Shown here: positions 27,007-34,888 of the stretch, in pieces | Numbering within the stretch: position 1 is the first letter of the stretch | Layout: each line of letters begins with the position of its first letter | Assembly: GCA_049606035.1 (NCBI GenBank) | Contig: JBMYVD010000003.1 | Span: forward strand, 10,862 to 74,861 | From: Candidatus Poseidoniaceae archaeon | Lineage (GTDB): Archaea; Thermoplasmatota; Poseidoniia; Poseidoniales; Poseidoniaceae | DNA: 64,000 nt | Direction of reading: 5' to 3' | Translations under genes and position numbers: made by a program | The notes under the pieces: model-generated | What the model saw: only the letters and a program-made list of their open reading frames with translations | What the model was told of the DNA's origin: nothing | Databases searched by the model: none

Positions 27007-29115
27007 ATGGGTGAATCGGAATCCTACGTTTCCTCTTCCCACACGGTGGCCGAATTGAAGGCCATGTGTAAGGAAAATGGGTTACCTATCAACGGCAAAA
27101 AAGCCGACTTATTGGAGAGATTAAACCGCTATTTCTCCGGGGATGACGAGCCTGATGAAGAAGAGATGATCTCCCTTGAGGACGAATCAATCTCTGTGGA
27201 TGAAGAAATAGTTTCATTGGAATCAGAATCAGTGCCCCTTCCTGTAATCGATGAAGATGAAGAAATAATGGAAGCTGAAGTCTTAGATGCTGAGTTTATC
27301 GAAGAGGTAGAACCTGCTTTTGTAAAGGAATCAAAGCAATCTAAAACCCTAATAGACCAAATAAAAAATCCAAAAGTTGCTGCGGTCTTACTCACAATTC
27401 TGATAGCGTCTGCAGGATGGTATTGGTATGTCAATAATCAACTAAAACCGTTCACAGCAGACGATTTACGATACGGAGATTCTATGGAATACACCTTGCT
27501 TAATGGTGAATTGGAGGTCACTGGCGAATATGTAGAGCTTATTCGGGAAAATGTTGACGTAGACCAGTTGAATAAATCATGTCGCCTCCTAATGACGTTC
27601 TCGGGGATTGGAACAACCTCTGTAACAGAAGGCACTTCTAGCGAACTCGACTTTGAGGCGGATGATTCACTTAGAGGCGTAGTGCGGGCAAAAGGCGCTT
27701 ACGGTTTGGATTGGCTGACAGTCGAAAAGGTGCAAACTCGTAATTTCGACCAAATTGCTTTGAAGAGTTACAATCCCAAACCGCTACAACCAGACGAATG
27801 CCAGTCTGGTTCATCGATTTATTCTGTTGGAGGAAACCTCGAATTCGATACTAAATCCTGGACTGAAATCTCTGAGAGAGATGTTATTGCAACCGAGGCT
27901 GATTGGAAACTTACCCTAGGTGAGGATTATACTCAAGGCAAAACCGTATCAAATGGCCTCGGTGGAATTTTAGGACTACTGGAAGACGTTGCACCTGGAG
28001 TGGCAGTGGTAATTTCACCTGTTGAAATTCGGGAAATGATGGGTACCCAATTAATCGAAACAGGTGCAAGTGGCACAAAACTTGGCTGGGATTGGAACGT
28101 ATTGGGCCCCGACGAAGTTGATGGAGAAGAGTTGTGGAAGGTCTCACTTGAAAACAATCAAATCCGCGATAATTGCTTTGGACATGCAAGGATTACTATG
28201 TGGCTAAGCGAAGATTCACCGTGGGCAGTAAGGCAAAACGTCGATGTTTACATTTCAGGAAATGAAGGTGATAAATCTGCATGTGGAACAATATCTGAAA
28301 GACTTGCAGATGTCGTTCTCCCTGATGGAAAAATCAGCATGACTCTTGAGATGTCAATGAATTCCTTGACACGAGGAGATAAATTACTAGATTTGGGCCG
28401 TAGTTATTCCTCAGTCCCTAATGCAGGAGCTTATGTTCCAACCTCTGAGGAGTTAATCGATTGGGGAGATTATGGTTTGCACATGCCGGATAATTCCACT
28501 CTCCGCTCTGAGTCCCTCGAAGATGCAGTTCAATGCTTGTCAAACGGGCACGTATCAGAAGCGGTCGCAGCAAATGCTGCACTCAATGACGATGGATACA
28601 TTTGGAGAGCGAGAGATGATAGAAGCCAATCGGGCATTACAATTTGGAATCTATCTTGGGTGAGTTCTGATCCAAATTCTGGTTGGGTTGAATTAGAAGT
28701 AAAGGGTGATGCATCAGGCGAGAATTGCACCTACATTGCCCACGGTGGAAATGATGAGACTGTGGCGCATAGTCGCAGTGATATTCCAGCCGTTCTGAGC
28801 ATCAAGATGATGGAAGAGGATTTGACAGACCAAGCGAGATATCCTGCACTAAGCGGACCGGACGGTCTCTTCACGAGCAGCGGGGATTATCACCCCGAAA
28901 CAAGGGTCGGAATTCTTGTTGTAACCCCTGATAGTGATTTCACAGATTGGCTTAGTGTGATTGAAGTTGGTGATGCTGGGGCTACCACATTGGACATCAC
29001 TCGAACATGGAATTCAAACATTAACGGCATGCAGTGGGAGAATACGCTCTCACTCGCAATGGACGCTAGAACTGGACAGTTGGTTGGATGGAACCTAGCG
29101 CAATCCCCACTTTGA
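27007..29115 (+). CDS. Membrane protein with N-terminal SAP/HeH motif and large extracytoplasmic domain
   Basis: VAELKAMCKENGLPINGKKADLLERLNRYF matches the SAP consensus. An acidic linker, one TM helix (VAAVLLTILIASAGWYWYV) and about 560 residues without recognised motifs follow. Confidence 0.65.
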   Translation: MGESESYVSSSHTVAELKAMCKENGLPINGKKADLLERLNRYFSGDDEPDEEEMISLEDESISVDEEIVSLESESVPLPVIDEDEEIMEAEVLDAEFIEEVEPAFVKESKQSKTLIDQIKNPKVAAVLLTILIASAGWYWYVNNQLKPFTADDLRYGDSMEYTLLNGELEVTGEYVELIRENVDVDQLNKSCRLLMTFSGIGTTSVTEGTSSELDFEADDSLRGVVRAKGAYGLDWLTVEKVQTRNFDQIALKSYNPKPLQPDECQSGSSIYSVGGNLEFDTKSWTEISERDVIATEADWKLTLGEDYTQGKTVSNGLGGILGLLEDVAPGVAVVISPVEIREMMGTQLIETGASGTKLGWDWNVLGPDEVDGEELWKVSLENNQIRDNCFGHARITMWLSEDSPWAVRQNVDVYISGNEGDKSACGTISERLADVVLPDGKISMTLEMSMNSLTRGDKLLDLGRSYSSVPNAGAYVPTSEELIDWGDYGLHMPDNSTLRSESLEDAVQCLSNGHVSEAVAANAALNDDGYIWRARDDRSQSGITIWNLSWVSSDPNSGWVELEVKGDASGENCTYIAHGGNDETVAHSRSDIPAVLSIKMMEEDLTDQARYPALSGPDGLFTSSGDYHPETRVGILVVTPDSDFTDWLSVIEVGDAGATTLDITRTWNSNINGMQWENTLSLAMDARTGQLVGWNLAQSPL

Positions 29116-29116
29116 G

Positions 29117-29455
29117 GTGAAGAGTTTGAGTGGGAGGGGACTAGACCATCTAATCGAACAAAACGAAACAGACTTGGGTTTCCTTTCTGCCTACGGAGGT
29201 GGAGAATCCCCCGAGGAACTGCTTCGTTTAGTATCTCAGTCAATTTGTGAAGGAATGAAAGTTACAGCGGTAGAACATGGAGTGCAGTTCAAGTTGGAGA
29301 CGTCTAATTTGCCACTCGTTAATTCTGACATTCAAAGAAGAGGTTTCTTGAATGGGGAACTTACGGATTCAGGAGTCAAAGTAACGATTACAGATTTCGG
29401 GCCAGAGCAACGCCGATTTATTGAGCGTCTGGTCGAATTCATTCAGAGCGAGTAG
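29117..29455 (+). CDS. Hypothetical protein
   Basis: ORF of 112 aa with a GTG start one nt after the preceding stop, so probably co-transcribed with the SAP-motif protein. Confidence 0.45.
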   Translation: MKSLSGRGLDHLIEQNETDLGFLSAYGGGESPEELLRLVSQSICEGMKVTAVEHGVQFKLETSNLPLVNSDIQRRGFLNGELTDSGVKVTITDFGPEQRRFIERLVEFIQSE

Positions 29456-30002
29456 CGACTGCAATCATTACAGCAACCACTGTTGCGAATAATCCCAACG
29501 CTGGCAAGAATGATTCATCATCATCCGAGTTGTCTGAAGGGCAGTTATCTCCGCCCCATTCTCCATCATTGAACCAGCAGTCTGACCAAGTCTTGTAGAA
29601 GCCTTTGTTAGGGAACATTTCTGTAGTATCATTATCATCAGTGTAGGTTGCTTTCACTCTCCAGTTGACGTATGAGTGGTCTTCAATTGTCGTGACTGCT
29701 GAGGTGAATATCTTTCCATCTGCTGTAGACACTTCTGCAACTGTAGGAGGTAAGCAGACACCGTCGTTGTTACACATTTGTGTGGTTAATTCGAAAGTTG
29801 TGTTGTTGTTGATTGCATCATCAGACAAAGTTAGGGTGATCTCCCAATCTTCGAGGTCAGTGGTAGTTTCAGTATGAGTGATTTCGCTGAAGATGGTATC
29901 ATCAACGTTCGGTTCAACGTTTACTCCTCCTTCTTCTGCAGCGCTTGCGACGTTTAGCAGTGCGATGCTAAGTAGAATGCAGATAACAGATTTCGAATTC
30001 AT
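29439..30002 (-). CDS. Secreted Thr/Asp-rich protein with C-terminal hydrophobic anchor
   Basis: Signal peptide (ILLSIALLNVASA) and C-terminal LPALGLFATVVAVMIAVATRSE. The ATG at 30002 forms an ATGA overlap with the upstream PUA gene stop. Confidence 0.6.
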   Translation of the reverse strand: MNSKSVICILLSIALLNVASAAEEGGVNVEPNVDDTIFSEITHTETTTDLEDWEITLTLSDDAINNNTTFELTTQMCNNDGVCLPPTVAEVSTADGKIFTSAVTTIEDHSYVNWRVKATYTDDNDTTEMFPNKGFYKTWSDCWFNDGEWGGDNCPSDNSDDDESFLPALGLFATVVAVMIAVATRSE

Positions 30003-30508
30003 AATTCCATCTCCCATAACTCGTCACCAACCCAATGAATATTCTTCAGTCCCTTCCCTTTTAATTCTTTGACCAAACTGTTTCCATCTTTCATTGCCCA
30101 ACCTATAGCCAGGGGTCGCTTGTGTTGTTGGTCTCTAACCCAAACAAGGTCGCCCTCAGTGATTGTTTCATCAGCTCCATGTATACCTGCTACCATGCAA
30201 TCAGCGCCTTTCATCAAAAACGGAATCGCTCCGTGGTCAACTTCCACGTATCGCTTCTCACATGGGTGAGAAAGGAATCCTCGCAGTGTGAGGAAAACCA
30301 CTCTTTCATCATCAGGACTCATCAATTCAACTGCGAGCGGTACTCTGTCGACAAGGACCATCTTCCATGGGCCGTAATCAGCCATTTCTAGGAAGGCACC
30401 ATCTACTGCTAAATCGATACCAAGCGCATCTTCCAAATCTTTCAGCAAAGGTGCGATGTGCTTTCGTCGCACAGGCCTCCGCTTCTTGATTTGCCAATCC
30501 TTCGCCAT
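29999..30508 (-). CDS. PUA-domain RNA-binding protein (MCT-1/Tma20-like)
   Basis: The C-terminal half (MKGADCMVAGI...GDLVWVRDQQHKRPLAIGWAMKDG) fits the PUA pattern. The start is taken at MAKDWQIKKRRP to avoid overlap with the divergent FAH gene. Confidence 0.5.
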   Translation of the reverse strand: MAKDWQIKKRRPVRRKHIAPLLKDLEDALGIDLAVDGAFLEMADYGPWKMVLVDRVPLAVELMSPDDERVVFLTLRGFLSHPCEKRYVEVDHGAIPFLMKGADCMVAGIHGADETITEGDLVWVRDQQHKRPLAIGWAMKDGNSLVKELKGKGLKNIHWVGDELWEMEL

Positions 30509-30574
30509 GACCGTGCGTAAAGATTCACAGGTTTGACCCTTCGGTTTGATGAGCCTAGCACACTTCGGAGTGTC

Positions 30575-31144
30575 ATGGACGTGTGGTGTGCGATAAGGAC
30601 TTACCCGAAACACGCAACTGAACTAGGAAATCCGATTCCAGAAGAACCTGTATTTTTCTTGAAGCCTTCATCAAGTGTTGTGGAGTTTGGACGAATCGAC
30701 GCGTGTGGGGGCGACGTGCATCACGAAATCGAGTTGGTTCTCAAATTAGGAGAGGGGCTCAAACCAACTCACATGGCGCTTGGCTTAGATCTCACAAAAC
30801 GCAGTGTTCAAGACATGCTCAAGGAGAAAAGATTGCCTTGGGCGGAAGCTAAGGCTTTCACTGGTGCTGCTGTATTGGGCGAATGGGTAGAGTTTGATGA
30901 AAAGGCGGAGTATCAATTGGAAATCAACGGCAATCGGGTACAAACTGGTTCACTGGAAGAGATGAGTTGGAATGCGTCTGAACTAATTTCAAAACTTGCA
31001 GATTGGGCTCCAATAGGCAAAGGGGATATCCTGTTTACAGGAACTCCTTCAGGAGTGGGCCCTCTCAATGCAGGAGATGAAGTAACAGCCTCTCTGTACG
31101 TCGATGGTGAAGTTGTTTCCACCCATTCTGCAACTTGTGTATGA
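30575..31144 (+). CDS. Fumarylacetoacetate hydrolase (FAH)-family protein
   Basis: FFLKPSS, then HHEIELV and GDILFTGTPSGVGPLNAGDEV are typical of the FAH fold. Confidence 0.75.
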   Translation: MDVWCAIRTYPKHATELGNPIPEEPVFFLKPSSSVVEFGRIDACGGDVHHEIELVLKLGEGLKPTHMALGLDLTKRSVQDMLKEKRLPWAEAKAFTGAAVLGEWVEFDEKAEYQLEINGNRVQTGSLEEMSWNASELISKLADWAPIGKGDILFTGTPSGVGPLNAGDEVTASLYVDGEVVSTHSATCV

Positions 31145-31198
31145 AGCATACCATTCAAATATGAACGGCTGGTCGGCAAGCCGCTGGAGACAATTAAC

Positions 31199-31573
31199 AT
31201 GGCACAGTGGCACGGAATTTCTCGTCGCAAGTCAACAGGTGGCCGCCGCGTTCCCGCTCGTGGAAAGCGCAGCACCGAAATTTCATCTGAGAAGCAGTTC
31301 GCACTAATCGGCGAGCCTCGCAGAAAGATCTACCGTACTACCGGTGGAAACGTCCTAGTGCGCGTACTTTCAGAAAACAAGTGCACAGTCAACGGCAAGG
31401 ACGGCAAGTCTGCAGTTGCAACGATTACCAACGTAATCAAGAACGATGCAAATCCTAACTACACTCGAAGAAACATCCTAACCAAGGGTGCAATCGTTGA
31501 TACAAACAAAGGACAAGTCAAGATTACTTCACGCCCAGGACACGATGGTGTTCTAAACGGCGTTGTTCTTTGA
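31199..31573 (+). CDS. rps8e: 30S ribosomal protein S8e
   Basis: The N-terminus is MAQWHGISRRKSTGGRR. Size is 124 aa with a basic composition. Confidence 0.85.
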   Translation: MAQWHGISRRKSTGGRRVPARGKRSTEISSEKQFALIGEPRRKIYRTTGGNVLVRVLSENKCTVNGKDGKSAVATITNVIKNDANPNYTRRNILTKGAIVDTNKGQVKITSRPGHDGVLNGVVL

Positions 31574-31609
31574 ATGGGTTCAAAGCCAACCACCCACTGA
31601 GGGGTTGAC

Positions 31610-32068
31610 ATGGACCACAATCCAGACCGAATCGCAGTCTGGCCTGGCTACTTCGACGCGAAGGTAAGTCGTAGGAGCGGTAGGCGTGTTCCACGGGATT
31701 CAAGTGTCCTAAAACCAGATTTAGAAGGTCTGTTCATCGCATCTCGCGCCCTTGGCCTCAGAAAAATCAAGCGCGAAGAGAGAGTTTCTCATCCAAATCG
31801 TCCGCATGCCAAAGAAGGCAGACTCTGGGTCTCAAAGAAAGGTGCAAAGGAATCTATCGGCGCTGGAAGCAAAGAGGAGATCATGCAACTTATTGGCGGT
31901 CAGTGGCGCCAGATGCAGAAGGACCAGAGAAATGATGAGAAAGAAGCGCAAAAGCGCGGTCCAAAGGTCGGTGACAAGCGAGCGCGTTCCCAGAGAAAGG
32001 GTGCAAACAAAGCGCGTGCTGCACAAGCAAGAGCTCAGCGCAGTCAGAAACAAAGACGCCGACGCTGA
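31610..32068 (+). CDS. srp19: Signal recognition particle protein SRP19 with basic C-terminal tail
   Basis: IAVWPGYFDAKVSRRSGRRVP is the SRP19 signature. About 55 extra K/R/Q-rich residues lie at the C-terminus. Confidence 0.8.
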   Translation: MDHNPDRIAVWPGYFDAKVSRRSGRRVPRDSSVLKPDLEGLFIASRALGLRKIKREERVSHPNRPHAKEGRLWVSKKGAKESIGAGSKEEIMQLIGGQWRQMQKDQRNDEKEAQKRGPKVGDKRARSQRKGANKARAAQARAQRSQKQRRRR

Positions 32069-32791
32069 TTATTCTGCAAGCCATTTCTCTACAAGTTCGG
32101 GCAGTATTTCTCCAGCCTTACCGAGGTGTACTTCGTCGAAGTCCTCACCATTTGCAGGCATCTCATAATTGACCAGAATTGTATGAGCCCCGATTGAGCG
32201 CGCTACGTGCACCATTCCTGCAGCAGGGTAAACGTGACCAGAACTGCCTACTACAATGAACACATCACATGATTCTCCAGCCGAATAAATCTGTTCCATG
32301 TGCATTGGCATTTCTCCAAACCAAACAATGTCAGGTCGCATTCTGGACGGTTCTGCGCAGCAATTACAGTAAACGAAGTCATCACTCAAATCAGAATCAG
32401 ACATCCTGGCCTCGATTTTTTTACTGGCTTCACAGCGAAGCGTCTGTAGTCTACCGTGCATGTGTATCACGGAATTACTACCGCCTCTCTCATGTAAATC
32501 ATCGACGTTTTGAGTGATCAACGTGAAATCGTCTATTTCAGATTCTAATTTTGCTAATGCCTCATGGGCAGGATTTGGCTCAACCTCGTTCATTTGTCTC
32601 CTGCGTGCCTGGTAGAATTTCCAAACCAGTTGCGGGTCAGCACGCCAAGCTTCAGGAGTTGCAACGTCCTCTATGCGGTGGTTTTCCCACAAACCATCGT
32701 TATCTCTGAAGGTCTTGACACCAGATTCAGCGCTTATTCCAGCACCTGTCAAAATTACAACTTTTTTGCCTCGCATGATTTCGACATCCAC
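32069..32791 (-). CDS. cobB: NAD-dependent protein deacylase (Sir2/CobB family)
   Basis: GAGISAESGVKTFRDNDGLW, then QNVDDLH, a zinc-ribbon Cys pattern (C..C...C..C-like CNCC...) and VVGSSGHVYPAA. Confidence 0.85.
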   Translation of the reverse strand: MDVEIMRGKKVVILTGAGISAESGVKTFRDNDGLWENHRIEDVATPEAWRADPQLVWKFYQARRRQMNEVEPNPAHEALAKLESEIDDFTLITQNVDDLHERGGSNSVIHMHGRLQTLRCEASKKIEARMSDSDLSDDFVYCNCCAEPSRMRPDIVWFGEMPMHMEQIYSAGESCDVFIVVGSSGHVYPAAGMVHVARSIGAHTILVNYEMPANGEDFDEVHLGKAGEILPELVEKWLAE

Positions 32792-32801
32792 GAAAGGGGG
32801 T

Positions 32802-33095
32802 TCAAAAACCCACAGTTACTCCTTCTTCACTCAAAAGTTTCCTTTTTGTTTCAACCCCGCCTTCTCCGCTATACCCTCCGATACTTCCATCGGAGCGGAT
32901 TACCCTATGACATGGAATTATGATTGGGTAGGGGTTAGCACCGCATGCGTTTGCAACAGCACGCTGGGAATTAGGGTGGCCGATGAATTGTGCGAGTTGA
33001 GTGTATGTCCAAACCTCTCCCTTGGGGATTTTTTTGAGAGCATTCCAAACTTTCAACTGGAATTCAGTACCGGCTAATTCTCCATGTTCTACCAA
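32802..33095 (-). CDS. ogt: Methylated-DNA-protein-cysteine methyltransferase, C-terminal domain only
   Basis: Active-site IPCHRVI, with an upstream HTH-like region (VWTYTQLAQFIGHPNSQRAVANAC). Only 97 aa, so the usual N-terminal domain is missing. Confidence 0.75.
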   Translation of the reverse strand: MVEHGELAGTEFQLKVWNALKKIPKGEVWTYTQLAQFIGHPNSQRAVANACGANPYPIIIPCHRVIRSDGSIGGYSGEGGVETKRKLLSEEGVTVGF

Positions 33096-33111
33096 AAAAC
33101 CACCTCGAAAT

Positions 33112-33681
33112 CTAGGCCATGTGTCCGCCGCCTACCAACAGTATTGCTACATAGATTAGGCCAACTGAGATAAACGCCAACAGGAAAAGCACAAGGAACA
33201 CTATGGTTAGGCTCCATTTTACAGCTCTTTTATTCGTATTGACTAACCTTTGGCCTGGTAAAAATTGGTTGCTTGCTACTAATGCAATCTCTGTCTGTTT
33301 ATGCTTAATATCGCTCTTGTAAAAAAATGCAGGAATGAAGAATATCAAACCAAAAAATATGAGCACAGCAGGCCAACTGGCGCGATGAGCAATCACGCCC
33401 ATTAATCCCGTTACAGTGAAAATGACTCCAATGGGTGTGAAAATGAATAACTTAGCACGCTGCCAAAAAATGTATGACGCTGGAAGAGTTATGTGAGAAT
33501 GATTTTGTATATTTGGCTTGACGAGGACACTTTTTGGTTCTGGTTGTGGATTTGCAATATTCAGAATTCCTTTGCAGTTAGGGCACTGGTATTTTCCTTG
33601 TGCTGAAGAGGCCAACTGAATCTTCATTGCACAATGGGGACATGCAATGGTGGCCATGCTGTGACTTCGATGACCATACAC
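33112..33681 (-). CDS. Zinc-ribbon membrane protein (hypothetical)
   Basis: N-terminal CPHC...CPNC zinc ribbon, followed by about 4 TM helices. Confidence 0.5.
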   Translation of the reverse strand: MYGHRSHSMATIACPHCAMKIQLASSAQGKYQCPNCKGILNIANPQPEPKSVLVKPNIQNHSHITLPASYIFWQRAKLFIFTPIGVIFTVTGLMGVIAHRASWPAVLIFFGLIFFIPAFFYKSDIKHKQTEIALVASNQFLPGQRLVNTNKRAVKWSLTIVFLVLFLLAFISVGLIYVAILLVGGGHMA

Positions 33682-33760
33682 TTAGTCATTGACCCGACAA
33701 CTGTCCTTGAGTTTCAACCTTAGTTCGGTTGAAAACCCAACATCTGTTTTATTTTCGAAA

Positions 33761-34858
33761 TTACAAGCCCGGAACTGGGTGAACCCATCCGAAGATGTCA
33801 TCGCCAGTTTCGTTCTGAATACTAGTGAGCGCATCGTACAACCTCTGGGTGACTTCTCCGGGAGTAGAGCCATCTGCGTAGGCTGCGGTTTCCTCACCTA
33901 GAGTAATCGAACCTATTGGAGATATGACAGCTGCAGTACCACAGCAGAATGCTTCATCAGCACTCATTGCGAATTCTGCTTCAACTTTAGTCTCAACAAC
34001 TTCGTGGCCCATGTGCCTTGCAAGTTGGATAATCGAATCACGGGTTATTCCAGGTAGAATTGTTCCAGTAAGTTCAGGAGTATAGAGAACGTTGTCCTTA
34101 ACGCAAAAGAAGTTGGCAGCACCGACTTCTTCCACATATTTGTGCTCCTCCGCATCCAAGTAAATCACTTCAGCATAACCTGCCGCCTTTGCTTTCTTTG
34201 ATGGCATCATTCCCGGAGCGTAGTTTCCAATCGCTTTGACACCACCAGACCCACCGGGCGCAGCACGGTGATGTTCATCGCTGATTAGCAACTTGATACA
34301 GGTCATTCCACCTTTGAAGTATGGTCCAACAGGTGTTACGTAAATCATGAACGAGTATTCAGGCGCAGGTGCTACTCCAAGAACTGGGCCGCTTCCGTTG
34401 AGAAGAGGCCTAACATACAATGCACCCTTGCCCATCGGAGGAATCCAGCGTGAATTTTGCTGTACACACTGTTCGACTGCATCGATAAAAATTGATTCTG
34501 GAACAGGGGGCATCTTGAGCCTGTCCGCTCCTCTTTGCATTCTTCTTGCATTTTCTTCAGGACGGAATAAAACTACTCTACCTGCTGCGGTTTTGTATGC
34601 TTTCATTCCCTCGAAAAGCCCCTGTCCGTAGTTTAGAACCCCTGCTGCGGGTGAAATCGATATGTTGCCATACGGAAGAATTTCACCAGGTTGCCATGGT
34701 TCATCCATTGCAGTCTTCGCAATGTACATGAAATCAGTCTCGGTCATTGAAAATGTTAGTGAGTCCCAATCGACCGGTGCTTCGCTCATCATAAGCGACC
34801 ACCGCTCGGAGGTATTCAATGATTGTGTGAAATTTCTCTTTACACGTAGTTTCGACAA
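33761..34858 (-). CDS. ilvE: Branched-chain amino acid aminotransferase (class IV)
   Basis: GLFEGMKAY, then YVRP, GGVKAIGNYA (PLP lysine region), and LDA..H.YVEEVGAANFF and GITR motifs. The true start may be the Met at 34792. Confidence 0.85.
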   Translation of the reverse strand: MSKLRVKRNFTQSLNTSERWSLMMSEAPVDWDSLTFSMTETDFMYIAKTAMDEPWQPGEILPYGNISISPAAGVLNYGQGLFEGMKAYKTAAGRVVLFRPEENARRMQRGADRLKMPPVPESIFIDAVEQCVQQNSRWIPPMGKGALYVRPLLNGSGPVLGVAPAPEYSFMIYVTPVGPYFKGGMTCIKLLISDEHHRAAPGGSGGVKAIGNYAPGMMPSKKAKAAGYAEVIYLDAEEHKYVEEVGAANFFCVKDNVLYTPELTGTILPGITRDSIIQLARHMGHEVVETKVEAEFAMSADEAFCCGTAAVISPIGSITLGEETAAYADGSTPGEVTQRLYDALTSIQNETGDDIFGWVHPVPGL

Positions 34859-34888
34859 GTAGTTGGCCTACTGACTTTTCCAGAAACT

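Noticed and set aside
31752-32168. Alternative-frame ORF of 138 aa overlapping SRP19 and Sir2
   Set aside because: It overlaps two genes with clear family signatures in other frames or strands. The basic low-complexity SRP19 tail region tends to stay open in more than one frame.
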